This document shows positions 1-9,197 of a stretch of 24,820 nt of DNA, piece after piece (within the stretch, counting starts at the first letter, position 1; the number at the start of each line of letters is the position of its first letter). The notes below the pieces were generated by a model that did not search any database, had not been told where the DNA came from, and was given only the letters and a program-made list of their open reading frames with translations. The position numbers and the translations under genes are program-made. The stretch is from a virus (lineage: Duplodnaviria; Caudoviricetes): the IMG/VR virus record IMGVR_UViG_3300035527_000019, positions 1 to 24,820 of that record; one strand, given 5' to 3'.

Positions 1-2293
1 AATTTATTGATTTCGCGCCAGTAGCTTCGTTGCTCAATAGTGCATAAGATCCAATGCCTGTTGGCTCATATTCTGGCTGGTTGTTCCACGTAATGGTTGT
101 GTCTGTCCATGATTCTGTTGCCCGAAGCACCGTTAATTCTGTATCCAGACTTGAGTTGACACTGGTCAAATTGTTTACCAGAGTAGCCTCTTTCACAACC
201 GCACCAGACGGGATACCCGAAAAGTCTATCTTGAAAAATGCCCTGTACGCATCTCCCGCATCACCGCCAATAATATTAGAATCGTGATAGTTAGTTGTTG
301 GATTTCCCGAATCAACGTAAGCCATTTCTGACACACTGCATTGTAGATCAGACAGGCTTGGTGGGATAAACGTTTCTTTTGTTGCAAGTTTTATTTTATA
401 TGTTTGGTCTTCGACAACTGTAATCCTGTCTGACGTAAGTGTTTTTGTTCCCGTTGTAATCGCATCAATCTTTAGCGAATAATCTCCCTCGTATTTATCT
501 GAACTAACAACAGACATAGACGTTCCGACCTGTGTCCAGTTCGTTAAATCCCCAGTTTCAAAATCGCCATTATTCATAGCATCACCGCCTGACGCAACGG
601 CGGCTCTTTTCTCTGTATACCACGTAGTCGTGATTGATTGACCCGTATCTACGTTCCAATTATGCTCGATCTTGCTGATTTTATAATCTGCGGCATCAAT
701 GCCAAATTTATCAATGGATAATCCTATCTTGTCAAAAAGCTCTCCGCTAAACGCAAAGTCTGGCTTATTCTCCATTTTTATAATAGGGAATGGGTCTGTC
801 GCATTGAGATAATCACCAAGAAAGTCTGCATAGTTTTGCCCGAACTTCGTTACTGTAATCCACGGTACATCCAATTCAAAAGGTTTTACATCATCTGTTC
901 CTGACGCATCGTATTCAGCAGTAGTCGGATGGGGTGTATCTATCGCATCCCCAACTATTCTATAATGAGTAACATACATGGTGCTTGTGGGATGAAGATT
1001 TTTGATGGATGTTTTTACCTGCTCACCATATAATTCAGCAGTGACAGTAACGTATGCTGATAAATCGTTTCCCTCTCCATCTTCTTGGTCATTTACTGTA
1101 TAATCTGAAACAAGTTGCACAATAGAAATATTAGAACCAGCCGATTCATCAACCAGTGTTTCGGATACAACTATTTCTCCGGCCACCCCGCCAGTCGCAA
1201 CTGTGAATGTTCCATTATTCGTGGGACCACTAGCACCAGATACAGTTATCTTCATACCAGTAGTAAATACAGCCAGCCCATTAGCAGAGTCGGTTATCTT
1301 TTTTGTGGATGCTACAAATGCTATTGTGTTTTTGTCCTCGTAAGCATTTCTATCTACTGGGGTTGTTATAGAATTACTCGCTACATTTCTTGATTCGTAG
1401 CTGAAATTTCCCCATTCAACAAACGTTTCGTCTGGCGCGATGCTTGGCACACCAGACATTGTATATATTTCTACATCTTCCCTTAATGTGCGCGGGTATA
1501 CATGAACAATGGCTTTATTCCGTGTTGTTTTCCACGGGGCAGGAAGTTGAATATCTGTCAATAAGTCTGCCTGTGTTAGAGAGATGCCAGCAGTAGGCTC
1601 GTGTCCTCTTTCATAAAATTCAAACGTTCCATCGCCAATAATCCTGACTGTACCAAATTCACTATCGTTCAATTCGTCAATGGCTTCTCTAGCGTTCTTA
1701 TTCGTAGCCCAGAAATAATCAAGAGAATCTATGCCAGCATCAATATTTGTGCCCCAATGAGATGGCCAGCCAATATCTGTTAGAATAGCCTGTATTGCCG
1801 TTCCCGTTGTATAAGATGAAGAAACAGCTATATTCGTCTTGGCTTGTTCTAGGAAATACCAACCATCTTTACAGGTAAGAATGGCAGTACTTCCTGCCCT
1901 TCCCTCTTCCTGTAATTCAATATCTGTAATAATTCCCGTGAACAAAGAAACAGGCGTAGACGTTGCCCCATCCAGCACGCGAATACGAATATACTTGCCC
2001 TGCTTTACATTGGGATAATATGGAGAACTCGTATTGTAATAATTGTATCTATCATCATTATTGACAAGGGTAATACGCGCTTCTCCAACATCAACGTGCT
2101 CAAAACCCTGCCTCGACCTTACGGGAAGCTCACGCCCTCGCCGAATACTAAGCCCAACACAACGCATCGCTTCATTGTATCCATCATAATACCCGTCATT
2201 ATCCCAGTCTATTTCAATAGCCCAAATATAGCGTGGGTTGTATGACTTTTCCCCATAAAGGGGATTGCCGTAGTATGGTATTCCGTAAGGCAT
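1..2293 (-). CDS. Large tail-tip/hub protein with C-terminal carbohydrate-binding-like modules (partial, runs off left edge)
   Basis: Absent from the ORF track because there is no stop in the window. ATG at 2293 overlaps the tape-measure stop (TAATG). Manual translation: MPYGIPYYGNPLYGEKSYNPRYIWAIEIDWDNDG...LSIRRGRE...GEARITLVNNDDRY...LFTGIITDI..., later NNGDFETGDLTNW (CBM-like) and AYVDSGNPTTNY...YRAFFKIDFSGIPSGAVVKEATL...SWTDTTITWNNQP (DNRLRE/CBM96-like). Lies directly after tape measure. Confidence 0.8.
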   Translation of the reverse strand, partial: MPYGIPYYGNPLYGEKSYNPRYIWAIEIDWDNDGYYDGYNEAMRCVGLSIRRGRELPVRSRQGFEHVDVGEARITLVNNDDRYNYYNTSSPYYPNVKQGKYIRIRVLDGATSTPVSLFTGIITDIELQEEGRAGSTAILTCKDGWYFLEQAKTNIAVSSSYTTGTAIQAILTDIGWPSHWGTNIDAGIDSLDYFWATNKNAREAIDELNDSEFGTVRIIGDGTFEFYERGHEPTAGISLTQADLLTDIQLPAPWKTTRNKAIVHVYPRTLREDVEIYTMSGVPSIAPDETFVEWGNFSYESRNVASNSITTPVDRNAYEDKNTIAFVASTKKITDSANGLAVFTTGMKITVSGASGPTNNGTFTVATGGVAGEIVVSETLVDESAGSNISIVQLVSDYTVNDQEDGEGNDLSAYVTVTAELYGEQVKTSIKNLHPTSTMYVTHYRIVGDAIDTPHPTTAEYDASGTDDVKPFELDVPWITVTKFGQNYADFLGDYLNATDPFPIIKMENKPDFAFSGELFDKIGLSIDKFGIDAADYKISKIEHNWNVDTGQSITTTWYTEKRAAVASGGDAMNNGDFETGDLTNWTQVGTSMSVVSSDKYEGDYSLKIDAITTGTKTLTSDRITVVEDQTYKIKLATKETFIPPSLSDLQCSVSEMAYVDSGNPTTNYHDSNIIGGDAGDAYRAFFKIDFSGIPSGAVVKEATLVNNLTSVNSSLDTELTVLRATESWTDTTITWNNQPEYEPTGIGSYALLSNEATGAKSIN

Positions 2294-4344
2294 TACATAT
2301 CCCTCAATGTTCTTTGAATGATAGGCTTCAAGTTCCACTCCAATTCACTCTTTGACGCGGTAGAGAATGTGGGACTGTAAACAACCGTAACGCTTACATT
2401 ACTCCCCCCAGATAGCTGATTATTTGGTATGATTCTCCCTGATTGTGATGGGGTGAATAATTCGGGTCCGCGTTCACCGACAAGATGTGTGGCGCCTGCG
2501 GCGATACCGCCACCTAGCGCGGTTGGCGGATATGTCGTAGTTCCTGTACTTAATGGTGTGGTTTTAGGAATACCCTTTGTAACATCAAAGGTTTCTTCTG
2601 GCAATGTTCCTGGCGCGCCACCACTCCAAACAATACGAATTAGTTTCACGTCTGTCGCAGTAAGCATATCCATGTCTTCAATAAACTTCTGTTTAGACGA
2701 TGCCTCTAGCTGCACCGCTATATCCGCTTCTCTTTTTTCTTTGGCAAATTCTTGAAGTTTTATGTCTGCATCTTCTGTGTCTACTGTAAAAGATGCCGCA
2801 AGCGTGCCTGGCTCGAGCAGGAATGTTTTTTCAATTTTGGTCATAATATCCTCTAGCGACATATTCTCATCTTGAAATAGTGTACTAACATATATATATG
2901 CCAAAGATTGAAGTTCTGTGCCAGCAAATATTTCCTGCGCCTTTTCTAGAGCCACATTCAGCCCAAGCGTTCTTTCGTCTATGCCCGTTAATGTAGCCGC
3001 AACAGCAAGCCTAATTTCTGGCGCAACATCTTGCATTTTCAATAATTCGAGCGTTACTTGGCTTACTGCATCTGCATAATTGAGTTCTGCTTCTGCAAGA
3101 GCCACTACTCGCTCCGCATCAGCGAGAGTCATTGCTTCTTCTACCGCTTCGCCATATGCTTCATAAGCATCAGTAAGACCAGACATTGTTGCCGCTTGAT
3201 ACATATTCTCAAACGATGCTTCTTTGCGCGTTTTCTTTTCTTCTTGAAGTAATCTGATGTTTTCGTTATATTGTGCGGCGGCTTCTTCTCCAACTGCTAC
3301 AATAAACTGCATGCGGCTCATGATGATTCCGGCTGTGGCAAATGCTTCTTTTCCTTGAAATACGCTATTTTTAAGCGCCATGCTCCATTCGTCAGTTTTA
3401 TCAGCCGCTGATATTGCTGATTTCACATATTGTTTGTATGCTTTATCAGAAGTGTCGCCCATTTGTATTGTGGCTTTGACGCGATTTGCCATTATCTGTT
3501 GATATTCTTTATCAGACGTAAAAAGAGTTAAGAATACATCAGATACGGTTTTGCCGACATCGCGGAAAACATTGCTTACTTTTGCGCCGAATCTATCATA
3601 CGCCGATGATGCTGTAAACGCCAACCCGCCAGCCTGTTCTAATAGCGCGTTTCCTTCTTCGAGAACACCGTTAAGCAATGCTTGTTTCTTTTCTGCGGAT
3701 GATAATTCGTCTGTGGCTTTGCCGATGGATGCTGCATATTCCTTATAGCGATTTTCTGCGTCAATAACAATACCGAGGTTATCCAAAATAAGGGGTGACA
3801 TACGCCCGATACCGCGTACAATGTCGGAAAAAGCCTGCGTGGTTGACATTCCCATCGCACGACCACGAAGTGCGGCGATTTCCGTTAATTGTGCATATTG
3901 GCTAACATCTGCATCAATACCAAGCATCATAGCCTGGGATGCCGACTTCATGGCATCATAATTGCTAATCGTTTCTTGGGAAGCCTCTACAATGGCATTG
4001 GTAATTTTCCCCATACCCTTTCCAACGCCAGCGGCAAGATTGGCAGAAGTGACCTCGAGCGCAGTCATCCGCGCTTGTTGTTGGGAAAATTCAAACGCTT
4101 TCTTTGCGGCATTAATAGCAACCGTCACAGCAAATATCGCCGCCGCCGCTTTTGTGGTAAATGAAGATATGCTTGTTCCAAAACCTTTTGCAGATTTCGA
4201 TGCGCCATCAAGCCCGCCGCTCATGGATGCAGCTTGCTTCGATACCGTTTGCCCGAGTTTTTTTGTATTCTTCTCGGCACTACTAAAGGCCCTATTGGTT
4301 TTGTCTATTGCTCTAAGAAGAATAAGCAGTTCACTACTTGCCAT
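2293..4344 (-). CDS. Tail tape measure protein
   Basis: 683 aa, Ala-rich and helical. Contains the GIGRMSPLILDNLGI motif and C-terminal GG...VGERGPELFTP..SGRIIPN motif typical of tape measures. Follows the chaperone genes. Confidence 0.9.
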   Translation of the reverse strand: MASSELLILLRAIDKTNRAFSSAEKNTKKLGQTVSKQAASMSGGLDGASKSAKGFGTSISSFTTKAAAAIFAVTVAINAAKKAFEFSQQQARMTALEVTSANLAAGVGKGMGKITNAIVEASQETISNYDAMKSASQAMMLGIDADVSQYAQLTEIAALRGRAMGMSTTQAFSDIVRGIGRMSPLILDNLGIVIDAENRYKEYAASIGKATDELSSAEKKQALLNGVLEEGNALLEQAGGLAFTASSAYDRFGAKVSNVFRDVGKTVSDVFLTLFTSDKEYQQIMANRVKATIQMGDTSDKAYKQYVKSAISAADKTDEWSMALKNSVFQGKEAFATAGIIMSRMQFIVAVGEEAAAQYNENIRLLQEEKKTRKEASFENMYQAATMSGLTDAYEAYGEAVEEAMTLADAERVVALAEAELNYADAVSQVTLELLKMQDVAPEIRLAVAATLTGIDERTLGLNVALEKAQEIFAGTELQSLAYIYVSTLFQDENMSLEDIMTKIEKTFLLEPGTLAASFTVDTEDADIKLQEFAKEKREADIAVQLEASSKQKFIEDMDMLTATDVKLIRIVWSGGAPGTLPEETFDVTKGIPKTTPLSTGTTTYPPTALGGGIAAGATHLVGERGPELFTPSQSGRIIPNNQLSGGSNVSVTVVYSPTFSTASKSELEWNLKPIIQRTLRDM

Positions 4345-4630
4345 CTCTTTGTCTCTTTACCATTTCGCATATTTTGTGCATATCGGGATGGTCTTTCATA
4401 AATTTAGCGTAATCTTTCCCGTATGTTTGTTGTGTTTTTACCGCTTCCCAAACGTTATATGCTAATTGCATCTTGTCAATTAAACCGACGGGCTGTTCTA
4501 ACAGCCCGCCAGAATAAGGTAAACAATTGAATTGCCTGCACTGCCAGGCTAACTTTAGCTCTCTCGGCGGCGTGGCTGACACTCTTACTTTCTCCCAGCC
4601 GCCATCTTTTTCTACTAATTCTTCCTTCAC
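4334..4630 (-). CDS. Tail assembly chaperone, C-terminal (gpT-like) part reached by -1 frameshift
   Basis: Its frame is open upstream to the slippery site CCCAAAC (4666-4660), reading ...PKLILAAADAAIVKEELV. Contains LPYSGGLLEQP. Sits between the gpG-like gene and tape measure. Confidence 0.75.
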   Translation of the reverse strand: MKEELVEKDGGWEKVRVSATPPRELKLAWQCRQFNCLPYSGGLLEQPVGLIDKMQLAYNVWEAVKTQQTYGKDYAKFMKDHPDMHKICEMVKRQRDGK

Positions 4631-4656
4631 AATGGCTGCGTCAGCAGCAGCCAGGA

Positions 4657-4932
4657 TTAGTTTGGGTCATCGGCGAAGGCGTCTGCTATGTATTTTTGTA
4701 GCTCTCGATTGACCCACAATACTTTTTTCGGCTCTGAATTATCAACATCCAGATCAAACCAGCCTAATTTTGCGGCTGCTCTCACACAGCCTCCTGCATA
4801 TTCCGGCGCGCTTATTTCATCAATGTCTATTTCTTGTTCGCGTAATTCTTTGAACCATGCCTCAACATCTTTTTGAAGCAAGGGATCAACCTTAATTACA
4901 AGCTCGCCATATTTTTTGTGTGTTATCTTCAT
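4657..4932 (-). CDS. Tail assembly chaperone (gpG-like)
   Basis: 91-aa acidic ORF after the major tail gene, ending GAC CCA AAC TAA. Confidence 0.8.
   Translation of the reverse strand: MKITHKKYGELVIKVDPLLQKDVEAWFKELREQEIDIDEISAPEYAGGCVRAAAKLGWFDLDVDNSEPKKVLWVNRELQKYIADAFADDPN
4660..4666 (-). other. Programmed -1 ribosomal frameshift site C CCA AAC
   Basis: XXXYYYZ heptamer in the correct phase immediately before the stop. The -1 frame joins the 4334..4630 ORF, as in the lambda G/GT arrangement. Confidence 0.8.
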
Positions 4933-4940
4933 TTGCTCTC

Positions 4941-5948
4941 CTAAGTCAATGCCGATAGTTCGTTTACTACCTTTATTTGTCCAAAACTTACATCCGCAGT
5001 AGCGTTATATGCCACGCGGAAATTACCGTCGATTATGTCGTTACCATCTGCGTCAGTCATTGGCTCGAATCTATCCCAATATCCGGCAAGATCTAATATC
5101 AGAGTGTGATTGGAATAATCCGTACCAGCAGCCGTGAACGCACTTCCTTCAAAGATGACGCGAATTTGCTTGGCGGTTTCTGCTCGCCATGCGGCTGATT
5201 GATTAACTGCATCAGATGCGAATTGGAATGTGATACCAAGATTGACGTTCAGATTATCTCGGTTATATGATTCTTCTGTAAAATAGATATTCCCATCCGC
5301 AGTAAAGAGCGGGAACCATCCTGTATCAACCGTGAAATCCATTCCATAAAATGCAGATGACACCTGTGTCGAGCCAATCGTTCCCGAAACATCATCAATA
5401 TAGAGCTTTCCTTTTGAGAACAGAATTTCCTCAACGCTTGGTACTCCAACTGCCGCGGTCTTTGTTCCTGTCGCGATCTGTCTACCGTTCCAAGTAGACG
5501 AGCACATTAATGCTTCTCCTGGCGCGCCAGTCAAGCTGAAACTACGCACAAACGAATATAGCATTTGATATTCTTGCACAGAGTTGCCCATCTCCAACGT
5601 ATATGTTTTGATGGTTGGTGCACTTGTTACTGGAAAGTCATATTGATAGATATAGTCTGATCCAGCGCCATCTAACACGCCAGATGTTATATTTTCAACA
5701 CCAGCAGCAAATAAATAGGGAAGCTGTTGGAATGTTGCTGGGACAGAATCAAAATTCAACTGCCCTAGAGTTTTTGGAATATATGTTCTATCAGTGTTCA
5801 CATAATATCCAATATCCTCTGGCGGTGCTTCTAGCGTGAGCTGGTCGTCGAACACACCAGTACCGCGCCACAACCAAGTGGCATCCGCCTCTGTTCCTTT
5901 TGTGGTCTCAAGACCACCCTGAATAAATCTCGTTGATTTACTTGTCAT
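4941..5948 (-). CDS. Major tail (tube) protein
   Basis: 335 aa, beta-rich, N-terminal IQGGLETTKGT motif, YTLEMG..., positioned directly before the chaperones. Confidence 0.8.
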   Translation of the reverse strand: MTSKSTRFIQGGLETTKGTEADATWLWRGTGVFDDQLTLEAPPEDIGYYVNTDRTYIPKTLGQLNFDSVPATFQQLPYLFAAGVENITSGVLDGAGSDYIYQYDFPVTSAPTIKTYTLEMGNSVQEYQMLYSFVRSFSLTGAPGEALMCSSTWNGRQIATGTKTAAVGVPSVEEILFSKGKLYIDDVSGTIGSTQVSSAFYGMDFTVDTGWFPLFTADGNIYFTEESYNRDNLNVNLGITFQFASDAVNQSAAWRAETAKQIRVIFEGSAFTAAGTDYSNHTLILDLAGYWDRFEPMTDADGNDIIDGNFRVAYNATADVSFGQIKVVNELSALT

Positions 5949-6108
5949 TGTTCACCTCATCTTTTGGGGGTTCCACCTCTTCGTAATATCCTAATTTAAG
6001 TAAAAAGCGTTTCCCGAACTCTTTTACTTCTTCTTTCGTCAAATCCCTTGCGGGAATGCGGGGGTGCTTTTCATCTCCCGCAAAATGACCTTTCCAGTTA
6101 TATAGCAT
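5938..6108 (-). CDS. Small hypothetical protein (56 aa)
   Basis: Manual translation MLYNWKGHFAGDEKHPRIPARDLTKEEVKEFGKRFLLKLGYYEEVEPPKDEVNNDK. Fills the gap and overlaps both neighbours. Confidence 0.7.
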   Translation of the reverse strand: MLYNWKGHFAGDEKHPRIPARDLTKEEVKEFGKRFLLKLGYYEEVEPPKDEVNNDK

Positions 6109-6841
6109 CTTTACCCTCGTTACTTTTCATGTCTACGTATGCTTTGAACGTATTCATGTCTATTAATGACAGTCCTATATGCGGACTACATGTGGAGGGG
6201 TCAGCCCATATTTTGAAGCCTTTTTCTTGTGCCTTTTCACAAAAATAAGCGTCTGGACTTCGCGCCCTTCCCTTGTCATATCTTTTATAATCCCATTCCC
6301 ACCAAGGCGGGTCGATAGCCTCAAATACTTCTCTTGCTATCAACATACACCCTGCACCCATGCTGTCCACCTCCACCAGGTTCCCGCTTTGTTTTGCTTT
6401 CTCTAAAACATCTATTGCAATAGTGGATATTTTATGGTCGTCTGTTTTCTCATAAACACACGGGTCATAAGGTACACCCCTGCGGTGATTCACGCCACCA
6501 ACGATTTTCACATTATTGTCATGAATGATCCATTTGCCCAATCTTTGCACAATGTCTACCGGATGAACGTGGTCTATATCCAGAATCAGAAAGTGTGTAT
6601 GGTAATTTGCATCCAGAAACATGTGTATTGCCTGATTGATAGCCATTGTCACTTCTGTATATCCAACGCTCAAAAAATCCGTGTATCTACATATCGACAT
6701 AAACGATGGAAAGACAAGGCTAGAAAAGCTAACTGCTCTTTCCAATGGCACAAATCCACATATCTTTGGATATTCCCATGTGCATGGTGGGGTTTGTAAG
6801 ATTTTTAAGGTTCTACTTGGTTGCCTCCTGCGATTACTCAA
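6098..6841 (-). CDS. GT-A fold (GT2-like) glycosyltransferase
   Basis: HFLILDIDH (DxD), VEVDSMGAGCMLIAREVFE and SPDAYFCEKAQEKGFKIWAD are typical GT2-like phage motifs. Confidence 0.8.
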   Translation of the reverse strand: MSNRRRQPSRTLKILQTPPCTWEYPKICGFVPLERAVSFSSLVFPSFMSICRYTDFLSVGYTEVTMAINQAIHMFLDANYHTHFLILDIDHVHPVDIVQRLGKWIIHDNNVKIVGGVNHRRGVPYDPCVYEKTDDHKISTIAIDVLEKAKQSGNLVEVDSMGAGCMLIAREVFEAIDPPWWEWDYKRYDKGRARSPDAYFCEKAQEKGFKIWADPSTCSPHIGLSLIDMNTFKAYVDMKSNEGKDAI

Positions 6842-7245
6842 TGTATCTTTACTCCTCTCAATATAAATTTGAATCCGATTGTCTCGGTTTCTCCATAATT
6901 TAGTGCGCCAAACGCGTAATCTATTTTCTCGAAATGCGACACCGTGTCGTCAAGCGTCTGGTCTGCGATAAGTGCTTCTGGAATAGAATCCGCATAACTC
7001 ATCGCCCTTTCAACTTCGTGTGGCAAATCGCCCTTTCTGCCAATATGAACTTCTAACATAATATCGAATAATACCTGTTTGAATGACGAGGAAATGGCAG
7101 TCCATTCCCCGCCAACTGTATATGCAGTAACGAAAGGAAAGAAGTCCTTTATATTCTCCGGTGGGTATTCCGGCGCATATCGTATTCCTTCCACGCCCTT
7201 TACTATGGTGATTACTTTGGCTATTGCTGTCTGAATATCACTCAT
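6838..7245 (-). CDS. Putative tail terminator/completion protein
   Basis: 135 aa, located after the adaptor and before the tail genes, with a plausible alpha/beta pattern. Confidence 0.55.
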   Translation of the reverse strand: MSDIQTAIAKVITIVKGVEGIRYAPEYPPENIKDFFPFVTAYTVGGEWTAISSSFKQVLFDIMLEVHIGRKGDLPHEVERAMSYADSIPEALIADQTLDDTVSHFEKIDYAFGALNYGETETIGFKFILRGVKIH

Positions 7246-7877
7246 AGAATTGCCCTGTATGGATTCAGCATCTTTTTAACGTCTGGGTCTAACGCTTCTG
7301 GTACTTTTATTGAACCAAACGTAGTCGGGCCAAGCGTAACATTCGGTGTTGAACGCCTATCATATTGCTTCACACACTGCAAATAACACGCTTCTTTTAC
7401 ATCAATAGGACAAACATCCTCGGAATTGCCCTCTGTTGCAGTGCAAAAACCCCACACGCCAGCTATTTCAACCGACTTTTTATTCAAGAAGAATGAATAA
7501 AGCCCATTGTACTTAATCTCAATGGCATTGTATGGTCTTATCTCTGATGTGTTTGATTGCGCGTTGTATGGAAGTAAATCATAATCAGTATCAGACCAAG
7601 TGTTTTCATAGGTATAATCAAGGTCATTATCAGTCTTTAGCGTGGTCAGTGACATCAAGTCGCCAACATAAAGTTTATTACTCATGGATGGCGTGAAATA
7701 TCTTGTTTCTGTTGAGAGATAGAATTTCCTACCACAATGCCCGTCTATCATGCGGGACACAGCTTCAATAATGTGATCCATCTGCGTTTTTTCGGCATCC
7801 GTTTCCGTTATTTCCGCATTTGGATCAAGTCTAGCAATCAATTCTGCCTGAGTAATATACCCGTTTGTAATAGCCAT
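7242..7877 (-). CDS. Head-tail adaptor/connector protein (SPP1 gp15/HK97 gp6-like)
   Basis: NGYITQAELIARL...IEAVSRMIDGHCGRKF...PIDVKEACYL...LDPDVKKMLNPYR. Likely start is ATG 7877, preceded by AAGGA. Confidence 0.85.
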   Translation of the reverse strand: MAITNGYITQAELIARLDPNAEITETDAEKTQMDHIIEAVSRMIDGHCGRKFYLSTETRYFTPSMSNKLYVGDLMSLTTLKTDNDLDYTYENTWSDTDYDLLPYNAQSNTSEIRPYNAIEIKYNGLYSFFLNKKSVEIAGVWGFCTATEGNSEDVCPIDVKEACYLQCVKQYDRRSTPNVTLGPTTFGSIKVPEALDPDVKKMLNPYRAIL

Positions 7878-7944
7878 TCTATCCTTCGTATTCGTGTAAG
7901 CCAAACATAAAATTCAAGGTTGCTGCGTTTTCGCCTTTTTGAGA

Positions 7945-7976
7945 GGGGGCAGGGCGAGGAGGCGCGCCCCACCCCC
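7945..7976 (-). promoter_or_regulatory. 12-bp GC-rich hairpin with an anti-SD loop (CGCCUCCU)
   Basis: Minus strand GGGGGTGGGGCG-CGCCTCCT-CGCCCTGCCCCC. Two G-U pairs make the stem complete only on the minus strand. Confidence 0.55.
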
Positions 7977-7986
7977 GTACTCACGT

Positions 7987-8358
7987 TTATACTTCGTCTA
8001 TAAAGACGATACATCCTCCAGACAGCTTGTTTCCACCACTCGACACAACCAGCCTTAGCTCGCCACAAACTAAAGGCAATGCCCTGTCTCCACCAGAAGT
8101 ACCAGTAAGAGCAGCACCAGCCTCGTCATGCACCAATGATCGCGGATAATACCACGCGTCATCATTGGCATCTGTTAGCGTGAGCAGTGTTGCTGCGGCA
8201 TCGTGATTGACTGTCGATAAAACAGCGTCTACGCCAGACGCGAATGTTCCATCTATCCAACGCACTGCATAGAGATACCCGAAGATGGCGTTTTCCGTAG
8301 AGTTGACGGTCAAGTCGCCATTTGCGTCTGTCGTTCCGTATAATTTAACTTCCCTCAT
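7987..8358 (-). CDS. Hypothetical virion-associated protein (decoration-like)
   Basis: 123-aa beta-rich ORF between the capsid and adaptor genes. Confidence 0.55.
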   Translation of the reverse strand: MREVKLYGTTDANGDLTVNSTENAIFGYLYAVRWIDGTFASGVDAVLSTVNHDAAATLLTLTDANDDAWYYPRSLVHDEAGAALTGTSGGDRALPLVCGELRLVVSSGGNKLSGGCIVFIDEV

Positions 8359-8515
8359 CTTCGCTCTCCATTTTCTTTAGCAAATCTTCAATCGCGCTTG
8401 CGGCACCTTTGTTCAAGATGGACAACTGCATGTTTTGGTCTGCCTGTTGCGCAAACATAGCTTCTGCTTGCAGATATTCGTCTCTCATCTTGACCAGTTC
8501 TTCTTTAGAGAACAT
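8345..8515 (-). CDS. Small helical hypothetical protein (56 aa)
   Basis: Manual translation MFSKEELVKMRDEYLQAEAMFAQQADQNMQLSILNKGAASAIEDLLKKMESEDEGS. Fills the gap between two ORFs. Confidence 0.65.
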   Translation of the reverse strand: MFSKEELVKMRDEYLQAEAMFAQQADQNMQLSILNKGAASAIEDLLKKMESEDEGS

Positions 8516-8518
8516 GCG

Positions 8519-9139
8519 CTAGCTCCGATTGGTGTCTGCGTCTGTACACATTAGATAGTATGCAGTTCCATCAGCACTTACAAATTTGATGGAGTGCGTC
8601 ATTGTTTGTGTGGTATGAGCGGCGAAGATAGATCCATTAGCCGCGTTAGGCATATTCAAGAAGTTGGCAATTTTCACGCTACTAGTATCAGTGACGCGAA
8701 TAAACGACCAGGATGCTGGTACAGTGTTATTTGCGCCAATATCCGAGTCTAATTGCAATGCGGCACAAGTTCCACCAAGCGTACGCGTGGCAGCCGCAGC
8801 GCCCAAAGTTGCACGAATAGCATTTCCTGCCCCACTAACACTAGACGAGGCGTCTACGCTCATAGATGTGTGGATACCATTAATAGTTCCACCAGTTGCT
8901 ACATTCGTAGTGGATGCGTTGGCGAAAAAGCGCCCTGCTTCCCCACCGCCAGCACCATACAATTTCAGGCGCATATACACGCCACGAGCATCACCACTAG
9001 TTGCAGTTGATTTTAGTCGATATTCAAACCCATTCTTATTGGCATCAGACCACTCAAAATATTCTCCTGAATTTCCAACACCATAGAATAAGGCGTTTTG
9101 AGAAGCCTTAATACTTCTCGGAATTTTTGTCATAGGCAT
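8519..9139 (-). CDS. Putative head decoration/head fibre protein
   Basis: 206 aa, Gly/Ala/Ser/Thr-rich with beta-helix-like periodicity, directly after the capsid gene. Confidence 0.55.
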   Translation of the reverse strand: MPMTKIPRSIKASQNALFYGVGNSGEYFEWSDANKNGFEYRLKSTATSGDARGVYMRLKLYGAGGGEAGRFFANASTTNVATGGTINGIHTSMSVDASSSVSGAGNAIRATLGAAAATRTLGGTCAALQLDSDIGANNTVPASWSFIRVTDTSSVKIANFLNMPNAANGSIFAAHTTQTMTHSIKFVSADGTAYYLMCTDADTNRS

Positions 9140-9156
9140 AGTATTTTCCCTTCATC

Positions 9157-9179
9157 GTGAGGGCGGTTAAGCCCTCACT
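9157..9179 (-). terminator. Hairpin after the capsid gene (possible terminator or stabiliser)
   Basis: GTGAGGGC-GGTTAA-GCCCTCAC inverted repeat. No strong U-tract on the minus strand. Confidence 0.4.
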
Positions 9180-9197
9180 TCGTTTTCTTCAAGCGGA

